From an uncultured Thermoplasmatales archaeon (GTDB taxonomy: Archaea > Thermoplasmatota > E2 > DHVEG-1), in the NCBI GenBank assembly GCA_964517155.1, contig CAZFAZ010000032.1, positions 1 through 38,181 on the forward strand: a stretch of DNA of 38,181 bases, given 5' to 3'. How positions within the stretch are numbered: the first letter of the stretch is position 1; every line of letters begins with the position of its first letter. Below are positions 23,262 to 31,866 of this stretch, piece after piece. The notes under the pieces were generated by a model that saw nothing but the letters and a program-made list of their open reading frames with translations, did no database searches and had not been told where the DNA came from. Made by a program: the position numbers and the translations under genes.

Positions 23262-24024
23262 ACGTTTTTTAGATGATAAAAGTCTAAAAAAAATTGATAA
23301 AAAATTTCAACAGATACTGGACAAAACAGGTATCGATCGTAAAACACAGGATGAGGTTTTTGATAAATACACTCTTTCAACTATTGAAAAACTGATTTCT
23401 GATAAAATAATTGACATGCTAGATTTTCCTATTTCTACAGGTAAAGAAGGTAATGTTTTTCGTGCGATAACTCCTAAAAAAAAATTTGTCGCAGTAAAAA
23501 TTTATCGTACTTCAAACTCAACTTTTAAACACATATCTGAGTATATAATTGGCGATCCTCGTTTTGAAAGTTTTCATAAAACCCGTAAAGATATTGTACA
23601 TGTTTGGACAAAAAAAGAATTTAAAAATCTTCAAAGACTTAAAAAAATAGATGTCAAAGCACCTAAACCAATCCTTTTTACTAACAATGTTTTAGTAATG
23701 CAATATATAGGTGATTCAAAACATCCTGCTCCAATGCTTAAAGATGTAATAGTTGAAAACCCGCAAGAAGTTTTTGATAATATTATTGAATCTATTGTAA
23801 AAATGTATAAAAAAGCAGAACTTGTTCACTCTGATCTTAGTGCGTTTAACATACTTTATTATAGAAAAAAACCTTACATTATTGATTTAGGGCAAGGTGT
23901 TCTTTTGGAGCATCCACGTTCTTTAGAATTTTTAAAACGAGATATAGATAACATCGTAAGATATTTTAATAAGTATAATATCCGGGCTGATGCAAATAAA
24001 ATTTATAAAAAAATAGTAGATTAA
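23251..24024 (+). CDS. rio1: RIO1-type serine/threonine kinase
   Basis: ISTGKEGNVF, AVKIYR, LVHSDLSAFNIL, IIDLGQ; conserved position after aIF-1A. Confidence 0.93.
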   Translation: MFSERFLDDKSLKKIDKKFQQILDKTGIDRKTQDEVFDKYTLSTIEKLISDKIIDMLDFPISTGKEGNVFRAITPKKKFVAVKIYRTSNSTFKHISEYIIGDPRFESFHKTRKDIVHVWTKKEFKNLQRLKKIDVKAPKPILFTNNVLVMQYIGDSKHPAPMLKDVIVENPQEVFDNIIESIVKMYKKAELVHSDLSAFNILYYRKKPYIIDLGQGVLLEHPRSLEFLKRDIDNIVRYFNKYNIRADANKIYKKIVD

Positions 24025-24037
24025 AATATGTGATACT

Positions 24038-24580
24038 ATGAAATATCTTAAGTTACCAATGGAGCGCGTCGGTGTTTTAATTGGTCATAACGGTGAAATA
24101 AAAAAAGATTTAGAAGAAAGATCTGGTGCTAAAATTAATATTGATAGTAAAACAGGTGATGTAAATTTTGATGAAACTAGTTTTGAAGATCCATTAATGG
24201 TTTTAAAAATTGAAAATATTATACGTGCAATAGGTCGAGGCTTTTCTCCAGAGAAAGCGTTTTTACTTTTTAGTGAAGAAGCAGATTTTTTTGTATTTGA
24301 TCTTCGCGATTACGCGGGTAAACAAGATTCACATGTGAGAAGACTTAAAAGCCGTGTAATTGGACGTGAAGGTAAAACAAAAAGAGTTCTTGAGGAGCTT
24401 ACTGATTCAAAAGTTAGTGTGCATGGTCACACGGTTTCTGTTATATCTACTGTTATGAAAATGAATATTTTAAAGAAAAGTATAGATATGCTTTTAACTG
24501 GTAGCAAACATGCTACAGTGTATCGTTTTGTTGAAACGCAAATGAAGGAGCTTAAACGTTCTGAGAGATTAGGCTTTTGA
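24038..24580 (+). CDS. KH-domain pre-rRNA processing protein (Dim2/Pno1-like)
   Basis: RVGVLIGHNG, AIGRGFSPE, RVIGREGKTK; conserved aIF-1A/rio1/KH cluster. Confidence 0.92.
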   Translation: MKYLKLPMERVGVLIGHNGEIKKDLEERSGAKINIDSKTGDVNFDETSFEDPLMVLKIENIIRAIGRGFSPEKAFLLFSEEADFFVFDLRDYAGKQDSHVRRLKSRVIGREGKTKRVLEELTDSKVSVHGHTVSVISTVMKMNILKKSIDMLLTGSKHATVYRFVETQMKELKRSERLGF

Positions 24581-24626
24581 AAAGATATTCTTTTAAATGA
24601 TTGCTGTATTCATGTCGTATTATTTT

Positions 24627-24699
24627 GCCGTCCTAGCTCAGTTGGTGGAGCACTCGGCTGTTAACCGAGCGGTCGCCGGTTCGAATCCGGCGGACGGCG
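24627..24699 (+). tRNA. tRNA-Asn (GTT)
   Basis: Acceptor stem GCCGTCC/GGACGGC with G discriminator; D-arm GCTC/GAGC; anticodon arm CTCGG-CTGTTAA-CCGAG; T-arm GCCGG-TTCGAAT-CCGGC. No encoded CCA and no intron; upstream TTTTAAAT box and downstream T-tract. Confidence 0.97.
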
Positions 24700-24799
24700 C
24701 TATTATTTTTTTGTTTTTTTGTCATTTTTACAGGAAATATTTAAATATGGACAAAGATAAAGATAATACGGTAACAGGTGGATAAAAAAGAGATATCTT

Positions 24800-25198
24800 A
24801 TGAAAAAAATACTTGTTGTTGACGATGAAAATGATGTTCTTATAAGTCTTAAACAAGGTTTAGAGGATTCAGCTAAAGATATACAAGTACTTACTGCAAA
24901 GAGCGGGATGCAGTGTTTTGAAATTCTAAAAAATGGTGAAAAACCAGATATAATCATCCTTGATATCATGATGCCAGGGATGAATGGATGGCAAGTTTTA
25001 AACAGACTTAGAGAAAATCCAGAATGGAATAATATTCCTGTTGTTTTTTTAACGGCTAAAAATGATGATTTCACAAAGACTTTTGGAAAAAGTATTACCG
25101 CAGATTTCATTGAGAAACCCTTTGAATTAGATAATATCAAAAAGAGAATAAATTATATACTAGATAAAGTAAATAAAGGACAGCATTGCATGCAATAA
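24800..25198 (+). CDS. Stand-alone response regulator receiver domain
   Basis: ILVVDD, PDIIILDIMMP (phospho-Asp), VVFLTA, FIEKP; no output domain. Confidence 0.92.
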   Translation: MKKILVVDDENDVLISLKQGLEDSAKDIQVLTAKSGMQCFEILKNGEKPDIIILDIMMPGMNGWQVLNRLRENPEWNNIPVVFLTAKNDDFTKTFGKSITADFIEKPFELDNIKKRINYILDKVNKGQHCMQ

Positions 25199-25308
25199 AC
25201 CTGTTTTCGTAAAAGGTTTTACTTGTAACTATTTCACGTTAACTACATAAGTAATTACATATTCATCTGCGAAAAACGTTCTTAAATACCTTTATCATCT
25301 CAGGACAT

Positions 25309-25385
25309 AGAAGGAATCGGGCTGGTAGTTTTAAGAGTGCATCCCATCCCCTCCTATGTGTGAGGCCGGCCCTCCTTCTTTTTTT
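25309..25385 (+). ncRNA. Candidate small RNA: long GC-rich hairpin with C-rich apical loop and U-tract
   Basis: AGAAGGA(25309-15)/TCCTTCT(25373-79), GGGCTGGT(25319-26)/GCCGGCCC(25365-72) and TGCAT/ATGTG close the loop CCCATCCCCTCCT. G-U pairs favour the + strand. BRE/TATA-like GAAAAACGTTCTTAAATA at 25271-25288, and a T-run follows. Confidence 0.6.
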
Positions 25386-25441
25386 ATCGTATTTTTTGGT
25401 TTTGAAAACAAATATATAGTATTATTTTATACTCGTTTTTC

Positions 25442-25696
25442 ATGGCTGAAAAAAAACAAACAGAAGAAAAAGTACCTGCAAAGGCTTCTTATACAGTTGA
25501 AGATGCGATAAAAATAGCAGATGATATATTTAAAATGGGTCAAGATAAAAAATACAATATAGGTGCTTTTATTCATGGTCTGATATTTGCCCAGGAATAT
25601 GCACAACATATGTATAAAATCCCTCAACAGCAAATAGCAATGATAAAAAGAGACTGCCATAACTATTTCAAGGAAGTAACTATAAGGAAAAAATAA
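25442..25696 (+). CDS. Hypothetical small helical protein (84 aa)
   Basis: Clean ORF with host-like codon usage and a TATA-like AATATATAG about 25-30 nt upstream (probably leaderless). Confidence 0.65.
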   Translation: MAEKKQTEEKVPAKASYTVEDAIKIADDIFKMGQDKKYNIGAFIHGLIFAQEYAQHMYKIPQQQIAMIKRDCHNYFKEVTIRKK

Positions 25697-25743
25697 TACT
25701 TTTTTATAGTTATTATAGTTTTTAAAAAACTAATAATTAAGAC

Positions 25744-25767
25744 ATGCATATACAATTGTATGTGCAT
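25744..25767. promoter_or_regulatory. Near-perfect 24-bp palindrome, candidate operator
   Basis: ATGCATATACAA|TTGTATGTGCAT (11 of 12 arm positions match), just upstream of TATA-like AATATATAAAA of the TrmB-like gene. Confidence 0.55.
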
Positions 25768-25865
25768 CCACAAAATATATAAAACTTTTAAACATTTTTT
25801 AATTCTAGGAAAGCAGGAAATATTAAGTTTGTTAGTTAATAAAAAAGTGGATTAGGTGTTAGGAA

Positions 25866-26795
25866 ATGGGATGTGAATTCAAAAGTAATGTTAAGCTGGA
25901 TTATATCCAAGATTTTGAGATGATGTTTGAAAGGATGAAAGTGGATCGTCCTAGAGAAGCAGCTGTATACTATGTAACATTAATAATTGATTGTCCAAAA
26001 GAGTTTTCAGAGTTTTTAAAAACTGCTGAAGAACTAGCAAATATAACTAGAAGACCTCTTGAAACAGGTCGAGCGTCACTACTTAAACATGGATTAATCG
26101 CAAAAGTTTTATTTTCAAATGAAGCTGATGAAGATTTTGGAAGGGAAAGCTATTTGCCAGTACATCCAAGGGCCATATGGGAAGATGTAAAAGAGGATAT
26201 TAAAAAAGTAATAGCTGAAGATACTTATAAGATGATAGAGACTAGATTAAGCCAGTATGGCAGTAACTACACTACAAACTTTGAAAAATACGGCATCAAA
26301 CTTAAAAGAAACGGTAATGTAACACTTCAATACAGCGGCAAATGGATTTTATATAATGTTTTAAATAATTTAATCGAGAAAAACAATGATCTTAAAATGC
26401 AGATAGGCGGCGAGAGATTCTTTGATGAGCCATTTTTAAAATATTTCAAAAAATTTTTAGAATTAGATACAAAAATACAGATTATTGTTGATAATACAAC
26501 AAACATGGATGCAATAAAAAAACTAAAAGAAACATATGGGGATAATCTTGAAGTTAGATATTTCTCAGAAGATGTAAGTGGCACGATGCGCAACTATGTA
26601 TATGGTAAAGAAATTGCTGTAAACGGCATAAAAATACTACATGAAAAAACCAATGAAGCAAGTTATATAGGAACGGCATATGTAAATTTAACAGATATAC
26701 AAGTTTTAGATGAGCGTTTTAATAATCTCTGGGGTCTTGCCAAACCCCTAGATGTTAAACAGATTACAAATATTGTAAAAAAACAGGATACATAG
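25866..26795 (+). CDS. Divergent TrmB-like transcriptional regulator (wHTH plus PLD-like effector domain)
   Basis: EAAVYY..L...TAEELANIT...SLLKHGLI...YLPVHP N-domain; C-domain KIQIIVD...LEVRY...FNNLW..AKP resembles TrmB/PLD-like folds. Confidence 0.55.
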   Translation: MGCEFKSNVKLDYIQDFEMMFERMKVDRPREAAVYYVTLIIDCPKEFSEFLKTAEELANITRRPLETGRASLLKHGLIAKVLFSNEADEDFGRESYLPVHPRAIWEDVKEDIKKVIAEDTYKMIETRLSQYGSNYTTNFEKYGIKLKRNGNVTLQYSGKWILYNVLNNLIEKNNDLKMQIGGERFFDEPFLKYFKKFLELDTKIQIIVDNTTNMDAIKKLKETYGDNLEVRYFSEDVSGTMRNYVYGKEIAVNGIKILHEKTNEASYIGTAYVNLTDIQVLDERFNNLWGLAKPLDVKQITNIVKKQDT

Positions 26796-26824
26796 TTTTT
26801 AATTTTTTATAACAAATAAAAAAA

Positions 26825-28735
26825 TTATTTGAAACGTATTGTTTCAAGATTACTAAGTGCAGTTGTATTAATATTATATCTTTTATGAACCGCACTTGCA
26901 ATATCAAGGCATTTACTTTCTTCACCATGCCCAAAGATTATACGCTCAGGTCTAGGCGACATATTATTAATATAATTTAATAGCTGGCGTCTATCACTAT
27001 GACCACTAAAACCATCACAAGTTTCAACGCTCATATTCATTTTAATGTTCTCAATTTGCCCGCCAGTGTTTAATGGTATTTCAGACCATCCTTTTTGGAT
27101 ACGTTTACCAAGAGTTCCTTCTGCTTGATAACCAACAAATGCAATGGTATTTTTTTTATCTGAAGCCCACTCTTTAAAGTATTCCACAACAGGTCCACCA
27201 TTCATCATACCGCTGGTTGCAAGAACAACACAGGACTCAGGATGATCACTAATTATTTTTTGTCTCATCTCATGACTGTCTACACGTTTAAAAATCTCTG
27301 AAAGAAGAGGGTTTTCACCCTGTTGAAATATTTGTGCTCTAAGTTTATTATTCAAATATTCAGGATAAGCTGTATGAATAGCTGTTGCTTCCCATATCAT
27401 ACCATCAAGATAAACATCAATTTTAGGTATCTTTTTAGTTCTAACAAGATTTTCAAGAACAATCATAACTTCCTGACTACGACCTACTGCAAAAACAGGG
27501 ACTAAAAGCTTTCCTTTCTTTTTGATAGTACTTTGAATAATATCACTAAGTCGCTCTGTTGCATCTTGACGACTAGGCTGAAAATCTTCACGACCGCCGT
27601 ATGTTGCTTCAACAAATATTGCTTCAAGTCGCGGGAAGCGATTAACTGCAGGGTTAAAAAGCCAAGTCCGCTCATATTTAATATCACCTGAAAAAGCAAT
27701 ATTGTACAACCCTTCACCTATATGAAAATGTGCAATAGCACTGCCAAGAATATGACCTGCATTATGGAAAGTAAGCCTTACATCAGGAGTAATATCTGTT
27801 GTATCGCCATAATCCATAGCAATACAATGTTTAATTGTATCACGAATATTTTCTGCAGAATAAGGTATTTTTTTTGCATCAGCTGCTGCAACTTTTAAAT
27901 AATCCATCTGTAAAAGAGTACTCATATCACGAGTTGGAGGAGTACAATAAACAGGGCCATCAAAACCATACTTATATAAAAGTGGAATCAAACCACTATG
28001 ATCAAGATGAGCATGTGTAATAACTACAGCATCTAAGTTTTCAATAGGTAAAACCTCTGGAAGATGCAGATAAGGTGTAGTACTCTCAGAAGAAACATCT
28101 ACACCGCAATCAATCATTATTTTACTATCTGGAGTATGTAAAAGACTACAGCTGCGACCTACTTGCCGAAAACCGCCTAATGCTGTTACACGAATAAATT
28201 TTTCACCTTCAGATACACCACGGTGAAGACGGCGGCCAACTTTACGAAGAATCTCTTTTCTTTCCTCACTCATAGAACGAAGATAGCCTCGTATTTCTTT
28301 TACAGTCTTAGATTGAATTGGGGGAGTACGAACAATTCGAGGCGACCAATTGATTTTTTTACGTATTTCATTTAAAAGAACACCTTGTTTACCAATAGCA
28401 ATACCTGGTTTCATCACTTCAATTGTAACTTCACCCATCTCAGGTAAAAAATAAATATTGGTAAGCTCAGCCTCTTTTGGAATTATATCTTTTATCTTTC
28501 TTTCTGCAGTATCTGTATCAGTAATAACACTAGGATCAGGGCGAACTGCTATACGACGCTGAAGCATTTTAGCAAGTTGCTTTATTAAATCTTCATTTTT
28601 AGCAAATTTATCAGGATGCTTAGTATAAATAACAACAAGTGCGCCTTCAAACTCTACATCTGATACATCGATACTAGGCGGTATAACACCGCGAACTTTT
28701 CCTTTAACTTCTCTTAAAACATCATCAACTGGCAT
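26825..28735 (-). CDS. fttA: Beta-CASP ribonuclease aCPSF1 (FttA) with N-terminal KH domains
   Basis: KH PGIAIGKQG; metallo-beta-lactamase THAHLDHSG, AGHILGS, SGD, FSGHSD, GHGE; adjacent to psmB. Confidence 0.95.
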   Translation of the reverse strand: MPVDDVLREVKGKVRGVIPPSIDVSDVEFEGALVVIYTKHPDKFAKNEDLIKQLAKMLQRRIAVRPDPSVITDTDTAERKIKDIIPKEAELTNIYFLPEMGEVTIEVMKPGIAIGKQGVLLNEIRKKINWSPRIVRTPPIQSKTVKEIRGYLRSMSEERKEILRKVGRRLHRGVSEGEKFIRVTALGGFRQVGRSCSLLHTPDSKIMIDCGVDVSSESTTPYLHLPEVLPIENLDAVVITHAHLDHSGLIPLLYKYGFDGPVYCTPPTRDMSTLLQMDYLKVAAADAKKIPYSAENIRDTIKHCIAMDYGDTTDITPDVRLTFHNAGHILGSAIAHFHIGEGLYNIAFSGDIKYERTWLFNPAVNRFPRLEAIFVEATYGGREDFQPSRQDATERLSDIIQSTIKKKGKLLVPVFAVGRSQEVMIVLENLVRTKKIPKIDVYLDGMIWEATAIHTAYPEYLNNKLRAQIFQQGENPLLSEIFKRVDSHEMRQKIISDHPESCVVLATSGMMNGGPVVEYFKEWASDKKNTIAFVGYQAEGTLGKRIQKGWSEIPLNTGGQIENIKMNMSVETCDGFSGHSDRRQLLNYINNMSPRPERIIFGHGEESKCLDIASAVHKRYNINTTALSNLETIRFK

Positions 28736-28839
28736 AAATAATACCTTTTATAATTTTTTTTTTACTAACAATATAATATATTTAATATACTTAAACTAAT
28801 AAATAACAAATATGAAAGGAAATAACCAAAAAAAATTGT

Positions 28840-29478
28840 TTATTCCTTGGAAATTTTTTCAGTACGTTTATTTATTTCCTCCTTAGAAATCTCTTTGAAA
28901 CCGTCTTTGTTAATAACTGCAACATTTGTCATTCCTCCAGATGCTGAATCCCTTCGCTTTGCAGCACCTACTGCACGTATCGCAATATCAATTGCTTCAT
29001 TTGTAGTAAGATCTTCATGGTATAAATCTTCTAAAACACCAAACACATATGGTGAACCTGATCCACCTGAAGTATATTTATCAGGAATTGCGCCACCAGC
29101 TGCATCAAGAGAATAAACATGACCTCCGGTACTATCAAAACCACCAAGAATCAATTGAACATAATATGGATAAAATTTACGTTGATTTAATATATTTGAC
29201 ATAAGCGTTGCTGCACTTTGAACAGGTATTTTTGATTCGCGTTTTAATCTGTAAAGATTTGCTTCAGCGCTCAAATATCTAGCAAGTACTTGAAGATCTC
29301 CTACAAGCCCTGCTGTTGCAAGTGCAAGATGTTCATCAATTTTATACAATTTTTTAGTTTCTTTATGTGCAATAAGATAGCCCATAGTAGCACGAGTTTC
29401 AGTTGCTATTACTATACCGTCTTTGCATACCATTCCTAATGTAGTTGTGCCTGTTTTAGTTAACTTTTCATTTTCCAT
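28840..29478 (-). CDS. psmB: Proteasome subunit beta
   Basis: Propeptide ending KTG/TTT (catalytic Thr), TAGLVGD, GSGSPY, RDSASGG. Confidence 0.97.
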   Translation of the reverse strand: MENEKLTKTGTTTLGMVCKDGIVIATETRATMGYLIAHKETKKLYKIDEHLALATAGLVGDLQVLARYLSAEANLYRLKRESKIPVQSAATLMSNILNQRKFYPYYVQLILGGFDSTGGHVYSLDAAGGAIPDKYTSGGSGSPYVFGVLEDLYHEDLTTNEAIDIAIRAVGAAKRRDSASGGMTNVAVINKDGFKEISKEEINKRTEKISKE

Positions 29479-29566
29479 AATAACTCCTCAAAAATCTTTT
29501 GAAAAACTTAAGTTAGAATAATACATCCTTTATAAATAATTTACGTAAGATAAGCATATAAATTCC

Positions 29567-30220
29567 TTATTCCAAAAACATTTCAGCAACTTTATCGACT
29601 TGGTCTTTATGAGAAAGGACTGTAACTCTATCACCTGAAAATAACTCAACATTATCTGTAGGAATTATAAATTTGTTATCTCGCTCGATTGCAACTATTA
29701 AACTTTTTTTAGGAAGACCTATTTTGTTGATAGTTTTACCTGACAATTTTGAATTAGCTTTAACAGGTATTCTAAAGATTTCTGCATGTTTGCCTACATT
29801 CATATATTCTTCTACGTTTGGATGTTTAATTGATTTATATAAATGTTCGGCCATAACTATATTTGGGCTTTTAATCATTTTCACGCCTTTTTCCATATAC
29901 ATTGGCTTACTTTCATCCTGATTTACTACAGATACAAGATTTTTTACGCCCTTGTTTTTTGCAAGACTGCAAACCATTAGATTTACTGCATCATCATTTG
30001 TAGTTGTTACTAGGACATCTGCTTTTTTTACTTCAGATTCATCAAGTGTTTCTTCTTGTGTTGCATCTGCATTTATTGCTACTGCATCAAATTTTCTTGC
30101 AACTTCTTCACAAGCAGCTTGGTCTTTATCTATTACTATTACATTTTGATTGCCGTCTTTAAGGACAATTTCTGTAAGGCGTTTTCCTATACCGCCGGCT
30201 CCAACGATTACGATGTACAT
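29567..30220 (-). CDS. trkA: TrkA/KtrA potassium uptake regulatory subunit (RCK_N + RCK_C)
   Basis: IVIVGAGGIG Rossmann motif, DAT, TTNDDAVNL, RCK_C ...IIPT....GDRV; ATG 30220 after AGGTG (track start 30232). Confidence 0.9.
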   Translation of the reverse strand: MYIVIVGAGGIGKRLTEIVLKDGNQNVIVIDKDQAACEEVARKFDAVAINADATQEETLDESEVKKADVLVTTTNDDAVNLMVCSLAKNKGVKNLVSVVNQDESKPMYMEKGVKMIKSPNIVMAEHLYKSIKHPNVEEYMNVGKHAEIFRIPVKANSKLSGKTINKIGLPKKSLIVAIERDNKFIIPTDNVELFSGDRVTVLSHKDQVDKVAEMFLE

Positions 30221-30667
30221 GGTTTTGTGCACCTATCTAATTACTCTATTTTTGGTATTCTGGGTAAATTTATGGTCATTATTAAAACTTTTGATTGATT
30301 TAAAGTTTAACGTTTATTTATTTGCCCTTATTGTTTTATTAAGTTAAATTTTTAACATATGTTTTTAAAAAACAATATAAATTTTGCGAATATTAATATT
30401 TTATGCCATAAATAATTTTAAATTTTATTGATAAATGCTTAACGTTTATTTTATTAATTTAGTTAAGCTATAAAGTTAAATTATTAATTTTTGTAGTTAA
30501 AAACTAAAAATCGTGATAATTAATGTCATATTTTTTAATGTTAGCACCTGTCATATTAATTACATTAAAATGATAGATAAAATCTAGCAAGCTTTATTTA
30601 AGCCATTATTTTTTAAAAAACCACCTTTAAAATACAGACTCTCTAAAATTTCTAGAATGATAAGATA

Positions 30668-31030
30668 TTATTTATTATAATATTTATTAGCAATATCTTG
30701 TGCTATTTTTAGATAAAGTTCAAGCCTTGTATCAGCATTATAATGTTGATTTGCTTCTTTAAACGATGCAAATCGTAAGAAGAAATGTTTGTAGACTAAG
30801 AGATCTTCTTCATCTTTAACATTAGGTGCTTCATTAGGGCATTTATTACATAATAAAGAGCAGTTTTCAAGACTTACATCTCCTCCAAAAACAACTGCTT
30901 TTATCTGATGAAACTCTCCTTTTTTATGGTCGTCAAAAATAAATCCGCATCTCTCGCATTTGTTTCCCGATCTTTCAACTACTTTTATTTTGACGTCTGT
31001 AGAAAATTCAGGTCTCTTCTTTTTTGTCAT
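30668..31030 (-). CDS. HNH endonuclease-like protein with substituted catalytic residues
   Basis: CERCG...EFHQIKA...GG....ENC..LCNKCP; expected HHI.P and CxxCH read HQIKA and CNKCP. Confidence 0.75.
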   Translation of the reverse strand: MTKKKRPEFSTDVKIKVVERSGNKCERCGFIFDDHKKGEFHQIKAVVFGGDVSLENCSLLCNKCPNEAPNVKDEEDLLVYKHFFLRFASFKEANQHYNADTRLELYLKIAQDIANKYYNK

Positions 31031-31769
31031 TTAACTCGACTTCTTTACGATTAAGTATATTTCTTACAGTAGTAGAATACCAATCACTTTTTTTATCTTT
31101 TCTAGTATAGCGGGTTTCTATTTTGTTTTCATTTAAATATTTTGCAATCTCATTATAGCTTTTACCTTCTGTTCTTAATTCGCTCATTATTGTTAGAACT
31201 CTTTGTTCTTCAGGATTTTCTATAAGTCTTGTATTTTTCTTTCTATTGCCTACAACATCAGACTTTATGGTATATCCGTAAGGAGCTTGACCAAACCATT
31301 CATTTTTCATTTTTTGTTTGACACCTACTCTTATTTTTGATGCCAGTTGCCCTCTGAAAAATTCACTAAATGCTGCAAAGTTTGTTAGAATGAATCGTCC
31401 TTGATCACTATATATATCGATATGTCTTAATGTATAAATATGTAATTTTACACCAAATGTTAGCAAGTCATCCATAATCGTAAGTACATCTTTTGTTGAT
31501 CTTGAGAATCTATCATTGTCATAAGTGCATATTCCATCAAAGAGTTGGTTTTTTGCATCTGTTATCATTTCTTGAAATTTTGGACGGCCTTTGATATCCT
31601 TACCGCTAGTTTCATCCTTGTAGGTTTTAACCCAATTCCAATTAGGATTATCAACTAGCCAACTATCTAATGTAGATTTTTGACCTTCGGGACTATAACC
31701 TTTTGCTTGTTCTTCCCTACTAACTCTAACGTAATATACTATTCTCTCCTTATTTTGTATTTGAAACAC
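31008..31769 (-). CDS. Serine recombinase (resolvase catalytic domain plus recombinase DNA-binding domain, no zinc ribbon or coiled coil)
   Basis: YVRVS (catalytic Ser)..EQ, SG....RP, DRFSR, helix E, APYGY, EIAKYLN, W...TVRNIL. Confidence 0.9.
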   Translation of the reverse strand: MFQIQNKERIVYYVRVSREEQAKGYSPEGQKSTLDSWLVDNPNWNWVKTYKDETSGKDIKGRPKFQEMITDAKNQLFDGICTYDNDRFSRSTKDVLTIMDDLLTFGVKLHIYTLRHIDIYSDQGRFILTNFAAFSEFFRGQLASKIRVGVKQKMKNEWFGQAPYGYTIKSDVVGNRKKNTRLIENPEEQRVLTIMSELRTEGKSYNEIAKYLNENKIETRYTRKDKKSDWYSTTVRNILNRKEVELNDKKEET

Positions 31770-31848
31770 CTCTATTACTTAATTAAAGTCTAGTACTTGC
31801 TATATGTCAAATATACAAATTAATATTTAACTTTTTGCCAAAATAGTG

Positions 31849-31866
31849 ATACTTGTTAACAAGTAT
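31849..31866. promoter_or_regulatory. Perfect 18-bp palindrome ATACTTGTTAACAAGTAT, candidate recombinase binding or crossover site
   Basis: Exactly self-complementary, 80 bp upstream of the serine recombinase start. Confidence 0.5.

Noticed and set aside
24597..24785. 62-aa ORF
   Set aside because: It overlaps tRNA-Asn, which fully explains the sequence.
25309..25385. The hairpin as a SECIS element, a simple terminator, or a minus-strand 15-aa peptide (MGCTLKTTSPIPSMS)
   Set aside because: No in-frame UGA selenoprotein was seen nearby. The hairpin is over 100 nt from the upstream stop and has its own promoter-like element. G-U pairing favours a + strand RNA, and the peptide has no other support.
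22932..29478. aIF-1A/rio1/KH and psmB/aCPSF1 gene clusters (also rps8e/srp19 at 35419-36101)
   Set aside because: These are well-known conserved archaeal neighbourhoods and are not novel.
30307..30451. 13-bp direct repeat TTAACGTTTATTT (30307 and 30439) upstream of trkA
   Set aside because: Only two low-complexity copies; not a CRISPR or iteron array. No CRISPR array was seen anywhere in the window.
31008..31030. A-rich AAAAAAG in the recombinase/HNH overlap as a programmed frameshift fusing the two proteins
   Set aside because: The HNH frame is +1 relative to the recombinase and the A_AAA_AAG heptamer is not phased for a -1 shift from it; the HNH gene has its own ATG.
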